From positions 1 through 45,018 of the forward strand of contig CALDSM010000714.1 of assembly GCA_937923585.1 (NCBI GenBank): a stretch of 45,018 nucleotides of DNA, read 5' to 3'. This document shows, piece by piece, positions 9,094-17,848 of this stretch (positions are counted from its first letter, which is position 1; every line of letters starts with the position of its first letter). The notes under the pieces are model-generated. The model saw only the letters and a program-made list of their open reading frames with translations, did not search any database and was not told the origin of the DNA. The position numbers and the translations under genes were made by a program. The stretch is from an uncultured bacterium (lineage in GTDB: Bacteria; Hydrogenedentota; Hydrogenedentia; Hydrogenedentales; CAITNO01).

Positions 9094-9124
9094 TCAATTG
9101 TCAATTGTCAACTGTCAATTGTCA
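9094..9124. repeat. tandem heptamer (TCAATTG)x4.4; one copy reads TCAACTG
   Basis: Read directly: tcaattg tcaattg tcaactg tcaattg tca. It covers the mvhD stop codon (9108-9110) and the last 5 mvhD codons. Each perfect unit contains the palindrome CAATTG. Confidence 0.95.
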
Positions 9125-9518
9125 GGGGGCTTTCGCCCAGCGCGCACAGTTTGCTCACTTCGGCGCGGATCATGCCTTCAAGGTCATCCTGCGGCCCGCA
9201 GTGGACCAGCACGGCCCGCTCAGACTCCATCCCGATTTCCGACAGCAGCCGCTGGACCGTCTTGACGCGCATCTCCGCGCGGTAATTGCCCTGCGCAAGA
9301 TGGCAGTCGCCCTTGGGGCACGTCACCACCAGCAATCCCCGCGCGCCCCCCTCAACCGAGTGGAAGAGATACTGCGCGTCGGTCTTGCCGCTGCACGGGA
9401 GTTCAAGGGTGCGGACATGGACGCCGTCTTCGGTCCATTGGCGCGGCACGCGCGTGCCCGCGGGGATGCATTGGTGGCAAATGAACACCAAAATCTCGGA
9501 CTGGAGGGTTTCGCTCAT
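9108..9518 (-). CDS. mvhD: methyl-viologen-reducing hydrogenase delta subunit-like (MvhD/FlpD) electron-transfer protein
   Basis: Pattern ILVFICHQC..LELPCSGK..LLVVTCPKGDCH. ATG at 9518; the ORF-track start at 9527 is a GTG three codons upstream and cannot be excluded. Confidence 0.85.
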   Translation of the reverse strand: MSETLQSEILVFICHQCIPAGTRVPRQWTEDGVHVRTLELPCSGKTDAQYLFHSVEGGARGLLVVTCPKGDCHLAQGNYRAEMRVKTVQRLLSEIGMESERAVLVHCGPQDDLEGMIRAEVSKLCALGESPLTIDS

Positions 9519-9628
9519 CGTCTTCACTCTCTGTCGTTGCGCGCAAAAGAGTATGCCAACCCGTCAAGTTATGCGCCGGGGGTTCTATGGGCCGTCCTGC
9601 GGAGAGAATAACTCAAGGTTGCGCTGAA

Positions 9629-9658
9629 AGTATAGCCGAAATCCTACCTTCCTGTCTA
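9629..9658 (-). promoter_or_regulatory. candidate sigma70-type promoter for the mvhD-hdr operon
   Basis: The minus strand reads TAGACA-18 nt-TATACT (plus-strand tgtcta 9653-9658, agtata 9629-9634), about 100 nt upstream of the mvhD start. Sequence match only. Confidence 0.25.
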
Positions 9659-10268
9659 CATTTTTGTTTACACCGCTGCGGAATCATACATTCATGTAGT
9701 CCTAACGGATACAACGTACAATACGGTAGGTTTCGCACCTGTGAGAGTCCATAATTTATCGTTTTTATGTAAATTCGCGTTCTGAAAACAGCGTTTTGGC
9801 CCCAACCGGGCACTGGACAGCAATGGGGCGCCATCAGTAGCCCGTCTCGCAAGTTCGGCAGCGAGCCTCGTCAAACCGCCTTGGGGTGATGCGGTCAATC
9901 GGTCACAGTTATCCCGGCCGCCTACCGCTGGTTAATATGTGGTTGAGCGGGATTGGCGGCAAATATGGGTCATGCGTGGGATGGACCCGGTCGGTACGAT
10001 CTTTCTTGAAATGGAATCTCGAATCCAAAGTCGTGTGTGGCCTGCTGAGAGAGAAGCCCTCGAAGCATACTTGTGAGGCGGCGTCTTTTACATGTCCCGC
10101 TTTGCACCCTGTTTCAGCCGGGGTGTATAAAATTCACCGCAGAATGGGTCCAGCCCGCCTCCCAACCCCACAGTTGAAACTGGGGGCAAAGGGGAGTCCG
10201 CTAAAAAGGGCTGACAAGGCGCGGCTGCGAGGTTTACCAATGTCCGCCAACCTGCAAGGAGAATCCGC

Positions 10269-10952
10269 ATGTCCAATGAGCTAACACCGGAACTCATCGA
10301 GAAACTGCTTTCCGTGGACAGCCCGACGGTGTCAAACGCGATTGAGCGTTTTAAGGTGCGGCCGCGCCGCGAGGGGTTTATGGGCCCGCAAATTCAGTGC
10401 CGCTTCCCCGACCTCGGCCCGGTGGTCGGCTATGCCACGACCTGCACCATCGTCGAGTACGACGAAGCCTTTCCGCCCGACCCGGTCGAGCGGTTCAAAT
10501 GGGTCGAGTCCATCGCGAAATCGCCCAAGCCGTGCGTGTGCGTCGTCAAGGACATGTGCCACCGCAAGGGCTGGTATTCGCACTGGGGCGAGATCGTGGG
10601 AACGCAGGTGCAGGTGCTGGGTGCCTCGGCCATCATCACCGACGGCGCAGTGCGCGACCTGGAGGCGCTGCGCGCCATGGGCATGAAGGTGTGGAGCGAG
10701 CACGTGGTCGTGTCCCACGGCCACATTGACGTGGGCCAGGCGGACATCCCCATCGAAGTGGGCGGGCTGGTGGTGAATCCCGGCGATTTGCTCCACGCGG
10801 ACTGCAACGGCGTGGTGGCGATTCCGCCGGAGGTGCTGGGCAGGCTTGCCGAGGCCATTGATGCGGTGCTCGACAATGAGCGCAAGACGCTGCACCACCT
10901 GCGTACCGAGGGTTACGACCTAGAGGCGCACCGCAGGCAGATCGAGCACTAG
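10269..10952 (+). CDS. RraA-family protein (RraA / 4-hydroxy-4-methyl-2-oxoglutarate aldolase-like)
   Basis: 227 aa with ..SPTVSNAIE.., ..IITDGAVRDLEALRAMG.. and ..GDLLHADCNGVVAIP.. blocks typical of the RraA fold. AAGGAGA Shine-Dalgarno lies 7 nt upstream of the ATG. Confidence 0.75.
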   Translation: MSNELTPELIEKLLSVDSPTVSNAIERFKVRPRREGFMGPQIQCRFPDLGPVVGYATTCTIVEYDEAFPPDPVERFKWVESIAKSPKPCVCVVKDMCHRKGWYSHWGEIVGTQVQVLGASAIITDGAVRDLEALRAMGMKVWSEHVVVSHGHIDVGQADIPIEVGGLVVNPGDLLHADCNGVVAIPPEVLGRLAEAIDAVLDNERKTLHHLRTEGYDLEAHRRQIEH

Positions 10953-11050
10953 GCGGAACGGCTGAGCCACGGTGGCAGGCGGAACGCCTGCGGTAGGAGA
11001 CGGCCACCGCCTGCAGTGCCTGAGATGAGCGGCTGTGTGTGTTCCTATTC

Positions 11051-12907
11051 TCAGGCCTCGCCGTAGTCGGGTGCCGCGAAGCCGGGCGCGTCGGCCGAGA
11101 TGTCCACACCGGCGCGCGTGTAAATGCGCAGACCGAGAACCCGGTACGTCCTGCGAAGTGCCTCGAACAGCACGACGACGGCGCACAGCATAATAATCAC
11201 CGTCAGCGTCACGTTCACATAGCCCAGCACGACTTCCCCGGGTTTGTATATCCGCGGCAGGAAGTTGTCGAAGATGTTCCGCCAGCCCGCGTACAGTGTC
11301 GTCACCACCAGGAAGGCCAGCGGCAGCACGGTCACCCAGACATAGCGCGCGCGGCCCGCGTTGATGAGCGCGGTGGTCGCGACGGTCAGCGCCACGGCCG
11401 CCAGCAGTTGGTTCGCCGTGCCAAACATCGGCCAAATGGTGGCCACGCTGCCGCTCCAGATGAAGTAGCTCCAGGCGCCCACCACCAGCCCTGTGGATAT
11501 GAGCGAGCCCGGCACCCAGTTGGTCTTCTCAAAGGGCTTGTAGAACTTGCCGATGAATTCCTGCACCAGAAACCGTGCCACCCTCGTGCCCGTGTCAATC
11601 AGCGTCAGGATGAACAGCGCCTCGAACATGATTATGAAGTGGTACCAGTAGGACATGAGGTGCTTCATGCCGGGCAGCGCCGAGAAGATTTGCGCGCAGC
11701 CGACGGCCAGCGAAACGGCCCCGCCGGTGCGGCCCTCCACCTTCTCGCCGACTTGCGCCGAGAGGGTGTCGAGATTGACCGTGGCCATGTTGAGCGTCGC
11801 GAACTTTTCCGGCGCGGCGTTGATGGCGAAGTAGTCGCCGGGGTGCAGCGAGCAGGCCGCGATCAGCGCGATAATGCTGACGATGCATTCGGTGACCATG
11901 GCCCCGTAACCGATCATCCGGATGTCGCTTTCCCTGGAAATCATCTTGGGCGTCGTGCCCGAGCCGACCAGCGCGTGAAATCCGGAAATGGCGCCGCAGG
12001 CGATCGTGATGAACAGGAACGGGAACAGTTTGCCCGGCACCACCGGCCCGCCGTGGCTCATGAAGTCGGTGTTGAAGGCCGGCATCTTGAGGTCGGGATG
12101 CACGGCGATGACGCCGACAACAAGAATCGCAATGGTCCCGATCTTGAGATAGGAGCTGAGGTAGTCGCGCGGGCACAGCAGCATCCACACCGGCAGCACG
12201 GACGCGATGAACCCGTAGGCGGCAATGGCCAGGCAGACTCCGTTGGGCGACAGCGAGAAATACGGATGCAGCGCCGAACCCGGCACGTAGTGGCCCAGCA
12301 CCACCGCCGCCAGCACGCCGGTGACGCCGATGGCGCTCGCCTCCACAATCTTGCCGGGCCGGATCTTATACATCCACAGGCCCGTCAACAGGGCCATGGG
12401 AATGGTCATCGCAATGGTGAAGGTACCCCAGGAGCTTTCCGACAGTGCCATGACGACCACCTTGCCCATGCCTGCCAGCACGACAATGATGATGATCAGG
12501 ATGGACAGCGAGGCGATTGCCCCGGCCATGGGGCCCACCTCGCCGCGGGCGATCTCGGCCAGGGATTTTCCCTGCCGCCGCACGGACAGCGTCAGGATCA
12601 TCATGTCATGCACGCCGCCCGCCAGCACGGCGCCCACCAACATCCACAGCAACCCCGGCGCATAGCCGTACTGCGCCGCGAGCACGGGACCGATCAGCGG
12701 CCCGGCACCGGATATCGCCGCGAAATGATGGCCGAACAGGACATACTTGTTCGTCGGATGGTAGTTCGTGCCGTCCCGCATCGCATAGGACGGCGGGGTT
12801 CGCCGGTCATCCAGCGCCAGCACCTTGGCCGCGATAAATGCGCTGTAATAACGGTACGCGAGGGAAGTCACCAGCAACGCCATCAACACAATCGGAACCG
12901 CGTTCAT
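11051..12907 (-). CDS. cstA: carbon starvation protein A (CstA family peptide/pyruvate transporter)
   Basis: 618 aa, polytopic. The N-terminus [45 protein letters not shown] is the conserved CstA signature. Confidence 0.9.
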   Translation of the reverse strand: MNAVPIVLMALLVTSLAYRYYSAFIAAKVLALDDRRTPPSYAMRDGTNYHPTNKYVLFGHHFAAISGAGPLIGPVLAAQYGYAPGLLWMLVGAVLAGGVHDMMILTLSVRRQGKSLAEIARGEVGPMAGAIASLSILIIIIVVLAGMGKVVVMALSESSWGTFTIAMTIPMALLTGLWMYKIRPGKIVEASAIGVTGVLAAVVLGHYVPGSALHPYFSLSPNGVCLAIAAYGFIASVLPVWMLLCPRDYLSSYLKIGTIAILVVGVIAVHPDLKMPAFNTDFMSHGGPVVPGKLFPFLFITIACGAISGFHALVGSGTTPKMISRESDIRMIGYGAMVTECIVSIIALIAACSLHPGDYFAINAAPEKFATLNMATVNLDTLSAQVGEKVEGRTGGAVSLAVGCAQIFSALPGMKHLMSYWYHFIIMFEALFILTLIDTGTRVARFLVQEFIGKFYKPFEKTNWVPGSLISTGLVVGAWSYFIWSGSVATIWPMFGTANQLLAAVALTVATTALINAGRARYVWVTVLPLAFLVVTTLYAGWRNIFDNFLPRIYKPGEVVLGYVNVTLTVIIMLCAVVVLFEALRRTYRVLGLRIYTRAGVDISADAPGFAAPDYGEA

Positions 12908-13091
12908 GTCAACACCTCAGTGGCAGGCCTACCCGTCCGGCCATGGTTTGAGGGAGAGGCGGCCCGTTCCTCCGTTGCCACAAAGTACTTCGGCAGTCCG
13001 GGCACCGCCAGACTCCAGTCTTTAACATTTATATCATATCAGCAATAGCGGCAATTTTCAGAATTCGCGCCTTTTCGGCGCTTACACAGGT

Positions 13092-13124
13092 GTGGCGTGG
13101 TCAAGAAACCACGCCACAACGAAG
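13092..13124. repeat. hairpin element, copy A (10-bp stem GTGGCGTGGT/ACCACGCCAC + tail AACGAAG)
   Basis: gtggcgtggtcaagaaaccacgccacaacgaag. Near-identical to 15888-15919 in the same orientation. Lies 43 nt downstream of the stop of the 381-aa island gene. Confidence 0.9.
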
Positions 13125-13166
13125 AATCCAATCACACCGGATGATTTCTCCAAGAATGGCACTCCG

Positions 13167-14312
13167 CTAATGTGCGCCCATTGGAACAAGTTCTGTTATG
13201 GCGACCTGTCTGTGTTTTGAACCCGGATATGATTTCGAGACTTGAAGAGTCACTGTGTCTTTGCTTGTTATGTCAAACGGTCCGCAATCCACCGATTGAA
13301 CATCCGGGGAATCAAGAAGTTCTATTCCCGCAACGGGTTCATCGTTTATGTACAGCACGAGCCTCTTAACCCGGCCATATTCATTCCATAGCTCTGGTTT
13401 CTTGATGTATCCGTTGATTATGTAGAAGCCCCGCAACGGGACCTCCTGCGATTGGTAATTCCACCATTTGGTTTTGGGGAAAGTGTAGGTCAATTCGGCG
13501 CCTATGCCATCGTTTTGCGTGCCCGTAATCCAAGCGGTGCCGCAATCCCCATCATCGAGTTTGTGAACACCATACGCTCCCTCTTTTGAGGGAAGAGACG
13601 AAGATGCCTCAACGTTCCATCCGACGGCACATTCCAGCGAACACCCTTCTCGAAACTTATTGTCTTCCGGATAGGATGGACAGCGTGAGAGAGCTGAATT
13701 CTCGACGAATTTCGGCCGACGAGACGCTTCATCTATCTCCTTTATGTCTGTGATTCCTTTTCCCCAGATGTAGTTCATGCGAAACTCAAAGTCCCTCCGG
13801 TTGTCATTATCTATGCCGGTCGCGTCAACGTGAAGGTTGTCGTTGGAGACCCATTTCACTCCCGCGATGTACACATGCCCATAATCCACGAACGGCACTT
13901 TCCCCGGTTTCTTCTTCTCCATTTCCCGCAGCATTTTCTCGAGGTCAACTGGTTTCTTCAGCGCGTCGAGGCTAAATAAGAGGCACTTGGCGTTCGTACT
14001 GCCATAGCAATTGTTGATGTAGAACTGATCTCCTTTCGGGGACCACTCTGCATCTGCATCACGCTCGAACTCCCAAACTTTCTTCTTCTTGCCTGTCGTA
14101 TTGTCCTTGAGCCAGAAATCCCCCGTACGCCATCCCTTCTCCATCGAGACGTTCATTATGAGTGTGTACCTGCCAGTTGAACAGGTCCATTCTTCGCTTT
14201 CTTTTGATAGAGGCGTTTTCTCCGAATCCTCCGCAATAGCAAAACAACATGCTGAGAAGAGATAAACCGTCAGGATGCAAGCTTGTTTAGTCACTTCTTT
14301 TCTCTTTGCCAC
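13167..14312 (-). CDS. hypothetical exported protein with a C-terminal discoidin-like (F5/8 type C-like) glycan-binding-type domain
   Basis: 381 aa with an N-terminal hydrophobic signal (ILTVYLFSACCFAIA). The C-terminal block ..DGDCGTAWITGTQNDGIGAELTYTF..LRGFYIINGYIKKPELWNEYGRVKRLVLYIND.. resembles discoidin-type domains. G+C is visibly lower than the flanks. Confidence 0.55.
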   Translation of the reverse strand: MAKRKEVTKQACILTVYLFSACCFAIAEDSEKTPLSKESEEWTCSTGRYTLIMNVSMEKGWRTGDFWLKDNTTGKKKKVWEFERDADAEWSPKGDQFYINNCYGSTNAKCLLFSLDALKKPVDLEKMLREMEKKKPGKVPFVDYGHVYIAGVKWVSNDNLHVDATGIDNDNRRDFEFRMNYIWGKGITDIKEIDEASRRPKFVENSALSRCPSYPEDNKFREGCSLECAVGWNVEASSSLPSKEGAYGVHKLDDGDCGTAWITGTQNDGIGAELTYTFPKTKWWNYQSQEVPLRGFYIINGYIKKPELWNEYGRVKRLVLYINDEPVAGIELLDSPDVQSVDCGPFDITSKDTVTLQVSKSYPGSKHRQVAITELVPMGAH

Positions 14313-14406
14313 GTTGTCACCACTCCAATATCAGCCGTACCCCAAAACTTTATGGCTACACTTACGCCATTATCAACCTCAGGTAACCGACGTATTAGGG
14401 GCGGCC

Positions 14407-15750
14407 TCAGTTCTTGGCTTGCCAAAGGATTTCGCGGGGTGCAAATTGTCTTGAAGAATTGTCGTCGAAAACTTTTGGCCCGGGGCTTTTCAGAATGAAT
14501 CCCGCTCCCTCAATCCGATATTCAAAGGGCTTGTCTGTAACGGGATCGATGGTGGCATCCGCGGGCAGTTCTTTTGCAGTCACGGCCAAGTCTTCCGGAT
14601 AGCCGCCTTCGCGCTGTCTCTGCTTCTTCAGCGCAACGCCGGTTTGGAGCATGCGGCAGGAGATGAGAGAAATGTCGGACAGATCGTAGGCGTACCAGAC
14701 GCTCAGGAACGGGTCGTTGCTGAAAAGCCTCCATGGACGGACCGCTCGATAGGCTAAGAATCCGGACAAATGCTCTGCCTCCACAAGCCCCTTCACAGCA
14801 GCCATTCGTTCCCTCGGTGTTTTCCGCGACATTGCCTGCTGAAACTGAACATAAGTCTTGTGTGTGTACAGCTTGTCCAGGTTGGCCAGTGGCCGAACCC
14901 AGTTTCCCAAGGTCGAGGCGGTCATTTGGAGGTCAATATTCTGCACATACCTGGCGGTCTCGAATTCGACCGTGTCAAGCGCCGTCTGCGGATCGCAAAG
15001 GCTTTGAAGCACGGCAAAAAACTCGGGAGAAACGGATTCTGGCACCGACCCCGCATCCGCGACATCGACAATCGCCGAAAAGGTGTAGCGCAGCCATGAC
15101 TCCTGCATGAGACGAGTTGAAACAGCGTCGATGCCGCCTTGGCGCTTCAGGCATACAAGAAGCTCCCGCAATCTCTCCCAAGCACCTTCGGCGTCCCCGT
15201 GGCGCGCGTTCCAACGGGCTGCATCCCAGAGCAGACGCATCATTTCCGAAAGGGTCTTACATTCCTCGTAGTTCGGACTTTGCCACATTTCGGGAGCATA
15301 AGAGGTGGTGAATACGCACGCGGGCAGTGCGGTGGCTCTGGAAATGAGGTCGTAGACCGGCTGTTTTGCGGCGAGAACACCGCCATACAGTTCAAGTTGC
15401 TCCGGGCTGAGTGGTGCTGATTTCCCCGAGCAGCAGGGTCGCCCGTCAAGCGCACACGAATAGTAGCCTGCCTGCGGACATTCAATCTCTGGGAATTGTC
15501 CCTTCATTTCCCCGTCGATCCGAGTGTTTAGCCAGTAGGCATACCGGTAGAGCGCGGCTGCATTGTTACTCGAACCAGGCTCAGCGAAATCCTTTATTGG
15601 CTTCGCGTTGCTGGCCTCCTGTTCAACTATTTTAATCTTGAAGAGGAACACTTGGTCCGCAACGACCTGAACGAGCACCAGAAAGCCCAGTGCGGCCAGC
15701 AGATTGCGCGGGCGCAAGGCCTTTAGAACGCATCTCACGATCCGTTTCAT
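14407..15750 (-). CDS. hypothetical membrane-anchored protein (single N-terminal TM, helical body)
   Basis: Start moved to the ATG at 15750, giving MKRIVRCVLKALRPRNLLAALGFLVLV... A GGAGGAGG Shine-Dalgarno precedes it. The 54-codon extension in the ORF track runs through hairpin copy B. The C-terminal ..DPVTDKPFEYRIEGAGFILKSPG.. motif recalls pseudopilin-like C-termini. No function assigned. Confidence 0.55.
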   Translation of the reverse strand: MKRIVRCVLKALRPRNLLAALGFLVLVQVVADQVFLFKIKIVEQEASNAKPIKDFAEPGSSNNAAALYRYAYWLNTRIDGEMKGQFPEIECPQAGYYSCALDGRPCCSGKSAPLSPEQLELYGGVLAAKQPVYDLISRATALPACVFTTSYAPEMWQSPNYEECKTLSEMMRLLWDAARWNARHGDAEGAWERLRELLVCLKRQGGIDAVSTRLMQESWLRYTFSAIVDVADAGSVPESVSPEFFAVLQSLCDPQTALDTVEFETARYVQNIDLQMTASTLGNWVRPLANLDKLYTHKTYVQFQQAMSRKTPRERMAAVKGLVEAEHLSGFLAYRAVRPWRLFSNDPFLSVWYAYDLSDISLISCRMLQTGVALKKQRQREGGYPEDLAVTAKELPADATIDPVTDKPFEYRIEGAGFILKSPGPKVFDDNSSRQFAPREILWQAKN

Positions 15751-15887
15751 GTCCACTTCCTCCTCCAGATTCGCTTGCTTAACGACACTATCCTCAACGC
15801 TTACGGCAAGCAGCCATGCCCGACCGAACCCGTCGTCGCTGGCACAATCCACGTGCATCCCTGAGCAGGAGACCTGCGGTCGAAAGA

Positions 15888-15919
15888 GTGGCGTGGTCGG
15901 AAACCACGCCACAACGAAG
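15888..15919. repeat. hairpin element, copy B
   Basis: gtggcgtggtcggaaaccacgccacaacgaag. Differs from copy A only in the loop (one substitution and one 1-nt indel). Lies 138 nt upstream of the 15750 start. Confidence 0.9.
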
Positions 15920-16022
15920 CGGCGACCCCGGCATACCCCCCCCGCTGCTTAGCAGCACCCCCCTCCTGGGGGGATCCGGGAGTTCTGTCCTCTCCATCTT
16001 CGATTCGAAGGGGGATTAAAGA

Positions 16023-17687
16023 CTACGCCCGCGCCGCGTCGCGAATGGCGAGCAGGTCTTTCATGACGCCGAACAGTTCCTCCTGGTGGCCACGGACGCC
16101 GAAACTGTCGTGCAGGCGCTTATAGACGGCGAAGAGCTTGCCGTAGACGCGCGCGTTTTCGGCGATGGGCGTGTAGACCTTCTCGTCCACGCGCACCATG
16201 GCGGCCGCGGCGGCGCCGAAGTCCTTGTGTGCGCCGGAAGCCACTGCACCGGCCATGGCGGCGCCGACGGCGCAGGTCTGGGTGCTGGCGGAGATTTCGA
16301 GCGGGCAGCCCATCACGTCGGCGTAGATCTGCATGAGCATGGCATTCTTGCCGGAGATGCCGCCGCAGTTGACGATGCGCTCGACGGGCACGCCGTACTC
16401 GATGAAGCGTTCCATGATGACGCGCGCGCCGAAGGCCGTGGCCTCGATGAGCGCGCGGTAGACCTCCTCGGGCTTGGTGTGCAGCGTCATGCCGAGCACC
16501 GCGCCGGTGAGCCGCTGGTCCACGAGGACCGTGCGGTTACCGTTGTTCCAGTCGAGCGCCACCAGTCCGCTCTCGCCCGGCTTGAGCGCGGCCGCCTTGG
16601 CAGTGAGCGACTCGTGCGTCTCGCCTTCGGGCTTCATGCTGCTCACGAACCAGTTGAAGAGGTCGCCCACGGCGGACTGGCCCGCCTCAAAGCCGAAGCA
16701 GCCGGGCAGGATGGACTCGGGCACGATGCCGCACAGGCCGGGCACGTCGGGCACGTCCTGATCGAGCGGGGCGACCATCATGTCGCAGCAGGAGGTGCCG
16801 ATGATCTTGACCAGCACGCCGGGACGGATGCCCGAACCGACCGCGCCGAGATGGGCGTCGAACGCGCCCATGGCCACGGGCAAGCCCTCGGGCAGGCCGA
16901 GTTTGGAGGCCCATTCGGCCGTGAGCCCGCCGGCCGCATCGGCGACGTCATAGGCCTCCGAGGGCAGCGTCTGCTGGATACGAATCAGGCCGGTGTCGAG
17001 CGCGCCGATGAATCCGGCATCGGGATAGCCGCCCCAACCGGGATTGAACATGGCCTTGTGGCCCGCGGCGCAGATGCAGCGCTTGACGAGGGACGGGTGG
17101 TCCGTGCCGGTGAGCACACCGGTCATCCAGTCGGCATGCTCAATCCAAGTATAGGTGGCGGCAAAGGCTTCGGGCGCGACGCGCTTGAACCGAAGCAGCT
17201 TCGACCAGAACCATTCGGACGAATAGGTGCCGCCGCATTTGGCCAGGTACTGCGGGCGCATCTCGGCTGCCAGCGCGGTGATCTGGCTCGCTTCCGCGTG
17301 GCCGGTGTGGTCCTTCCACAGCCAGGCCATCGCGTTCGGGTCATTGCGGAACGCATCGGTCAGCGCGAGCGGCACGCCGTCGGCGTTGACCGGCAGCGGC
17401 GTCGAGCCGGTGGTGTCCACACCAATGCCCACCACGTCCGCCGGGGAGAACCCGGGCGCGGCCGCCGCCTGCTTCAGCGCGTCGGTCACCGTGGCGACGG
17501 TGCCGTCCAGGTAGTCCTGCGGATGCTGCCGGGCAAGGTCGGGATTCTTCGCGCTGATGACAACGCCCTTGTCCCCGGTGGGGTAGTTGAACACGCTGGT
17601 GGCGATTTCCGCGCCGTCGGCGATGTTGACAACAACCGCGCGCACCGAGTTGGTGCCAAAATCAATCCCGATGGAGTACTTGCTCAT
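16023..17687 (-). CDS. araB: ribulokinase (FGGY carbohydrate kinase family)
   Basis: 554 aa. The N-terminus YSIGIDFGTNSVRAVVV...ATSVFNYP...QHPQDYL matches the AraB-type pattern. The length is typical of ribulokinases. Confidence 0.8.
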   Translation of the reverse strand: MSKYSIGIDFGTNSVRAVVVNIADGAEIATSVFNYPTGDKGVVISAKNPDLARQHPQDYLDGTVATVTDALKQAAAAPGFSPADVVGIGVDTTGSTPLPVNADGVPLALTDAFRNDPNAMAWLWKDHTGHAEASQITALAAEMRPQYLAKCGGTYSSEWFWSKLLRFKRVAPEAFAATYTWIEHADWMTGVLTGTDHPSLVKRCICAAGHKAMFNPGWGGYPDAGFIGALDTGLIRIQQTLPSEAYDVADAAGGLTAEWASKLGLPEGLPVAMGAFDAHLGAVGSGIRPGVLVKIIGTSCCDMMVAPLDQDVPDVPGLCGIVPESILPGCFGFEAGQSAVGDLFNWFVSSMKPEGETHESLTAKAAALKPGESGLVALDWNNGNRTVLVDQRLTGAVLGMTLHTKPEEVYRALIEATAFGARVIMERFIEYGVPVERIVNCGGISGKNAMLMQIYADVMGCPLEISASTQTCAVGAAMAGAVASGAHKDFGAAAAAMVRVDEKVYTPIAENARVYGKLFAVYKRLHDSFGVRGHQEELFGVMKDLLAIRDAARA

Positions 17688-17848
17688 TCTCCGGCCTTTC
17701 TCCCCGCGCCTCGCGCGGTAAACGGTTTCAGGGCAGTTGTCCGCCCCCGGGCGGACAGTGAGCCGCCATTATAGCCAATCCGCATGACGGTGCAAATCAT
17801 CGTTTCTGGGAGAATCACGTTCGACTGCAATGAGCCCCCGGGGATAAA

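Noticed and set aside
8985-9107. Possible missing metV-like small gene between mvhD and metF
   Set aside because: The gap is only 123 nt and contains no ORF of useful length. So no MetV is encoded here, although one elsewhere in the genome cannot be excluded.
9094-9124. Short tandem repeat considered as a CRISPR-like or minisatellite array
   Set aside because: The units are 7 nt with no spacers. Nothing in the window shows the 24-48-nt repeat/spacer periodicity of a CRISPR array, and no cas genes are present.
9886-10284. 132-aa ORF in the long intergenic region
   Set aside because: It has no Shine-Dalgarno, a Cys/Arg/Gly-rich low-complexity product and no third-position G/C bias evident by eye, and it overlaps the well-supported RraA-family start. 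It is treated as non-coding.
15751-15912. 54-codon N-terminal extension of the 501-aa ORF
   Set aside because: The extension runs through hairpin repeat copy B and lacks a ribosome-binding site. The internal ATG at 15750 has a GGAGGAGG Shine-Dalgarno and gives a classical charged-then-hydrophobic N-terminus. The analogous extensions at 20451-20555, 22455-22499, 27024-27056, 28671-28865, 37146-37250 and 43549-43641 were trimmed for the same kind of reason.
15936-16010. C8 homopolymer plus three short GC hairpins, considered as a phase-variation tract
   Set aside because: The tract lies in the non-coding space just downstream of the araB stop. It is most simply read as terminator or transcript-end structures. 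No ORF would be shifted by slippage.
16023-17687. Stand-alone ribulokinase without araA/araD, considered as an anomaly
   Set aside because: FGGY kinases are often encoded apart from their pathway partners. With a single window, absence of neighbours is not evidence of anything unusual.
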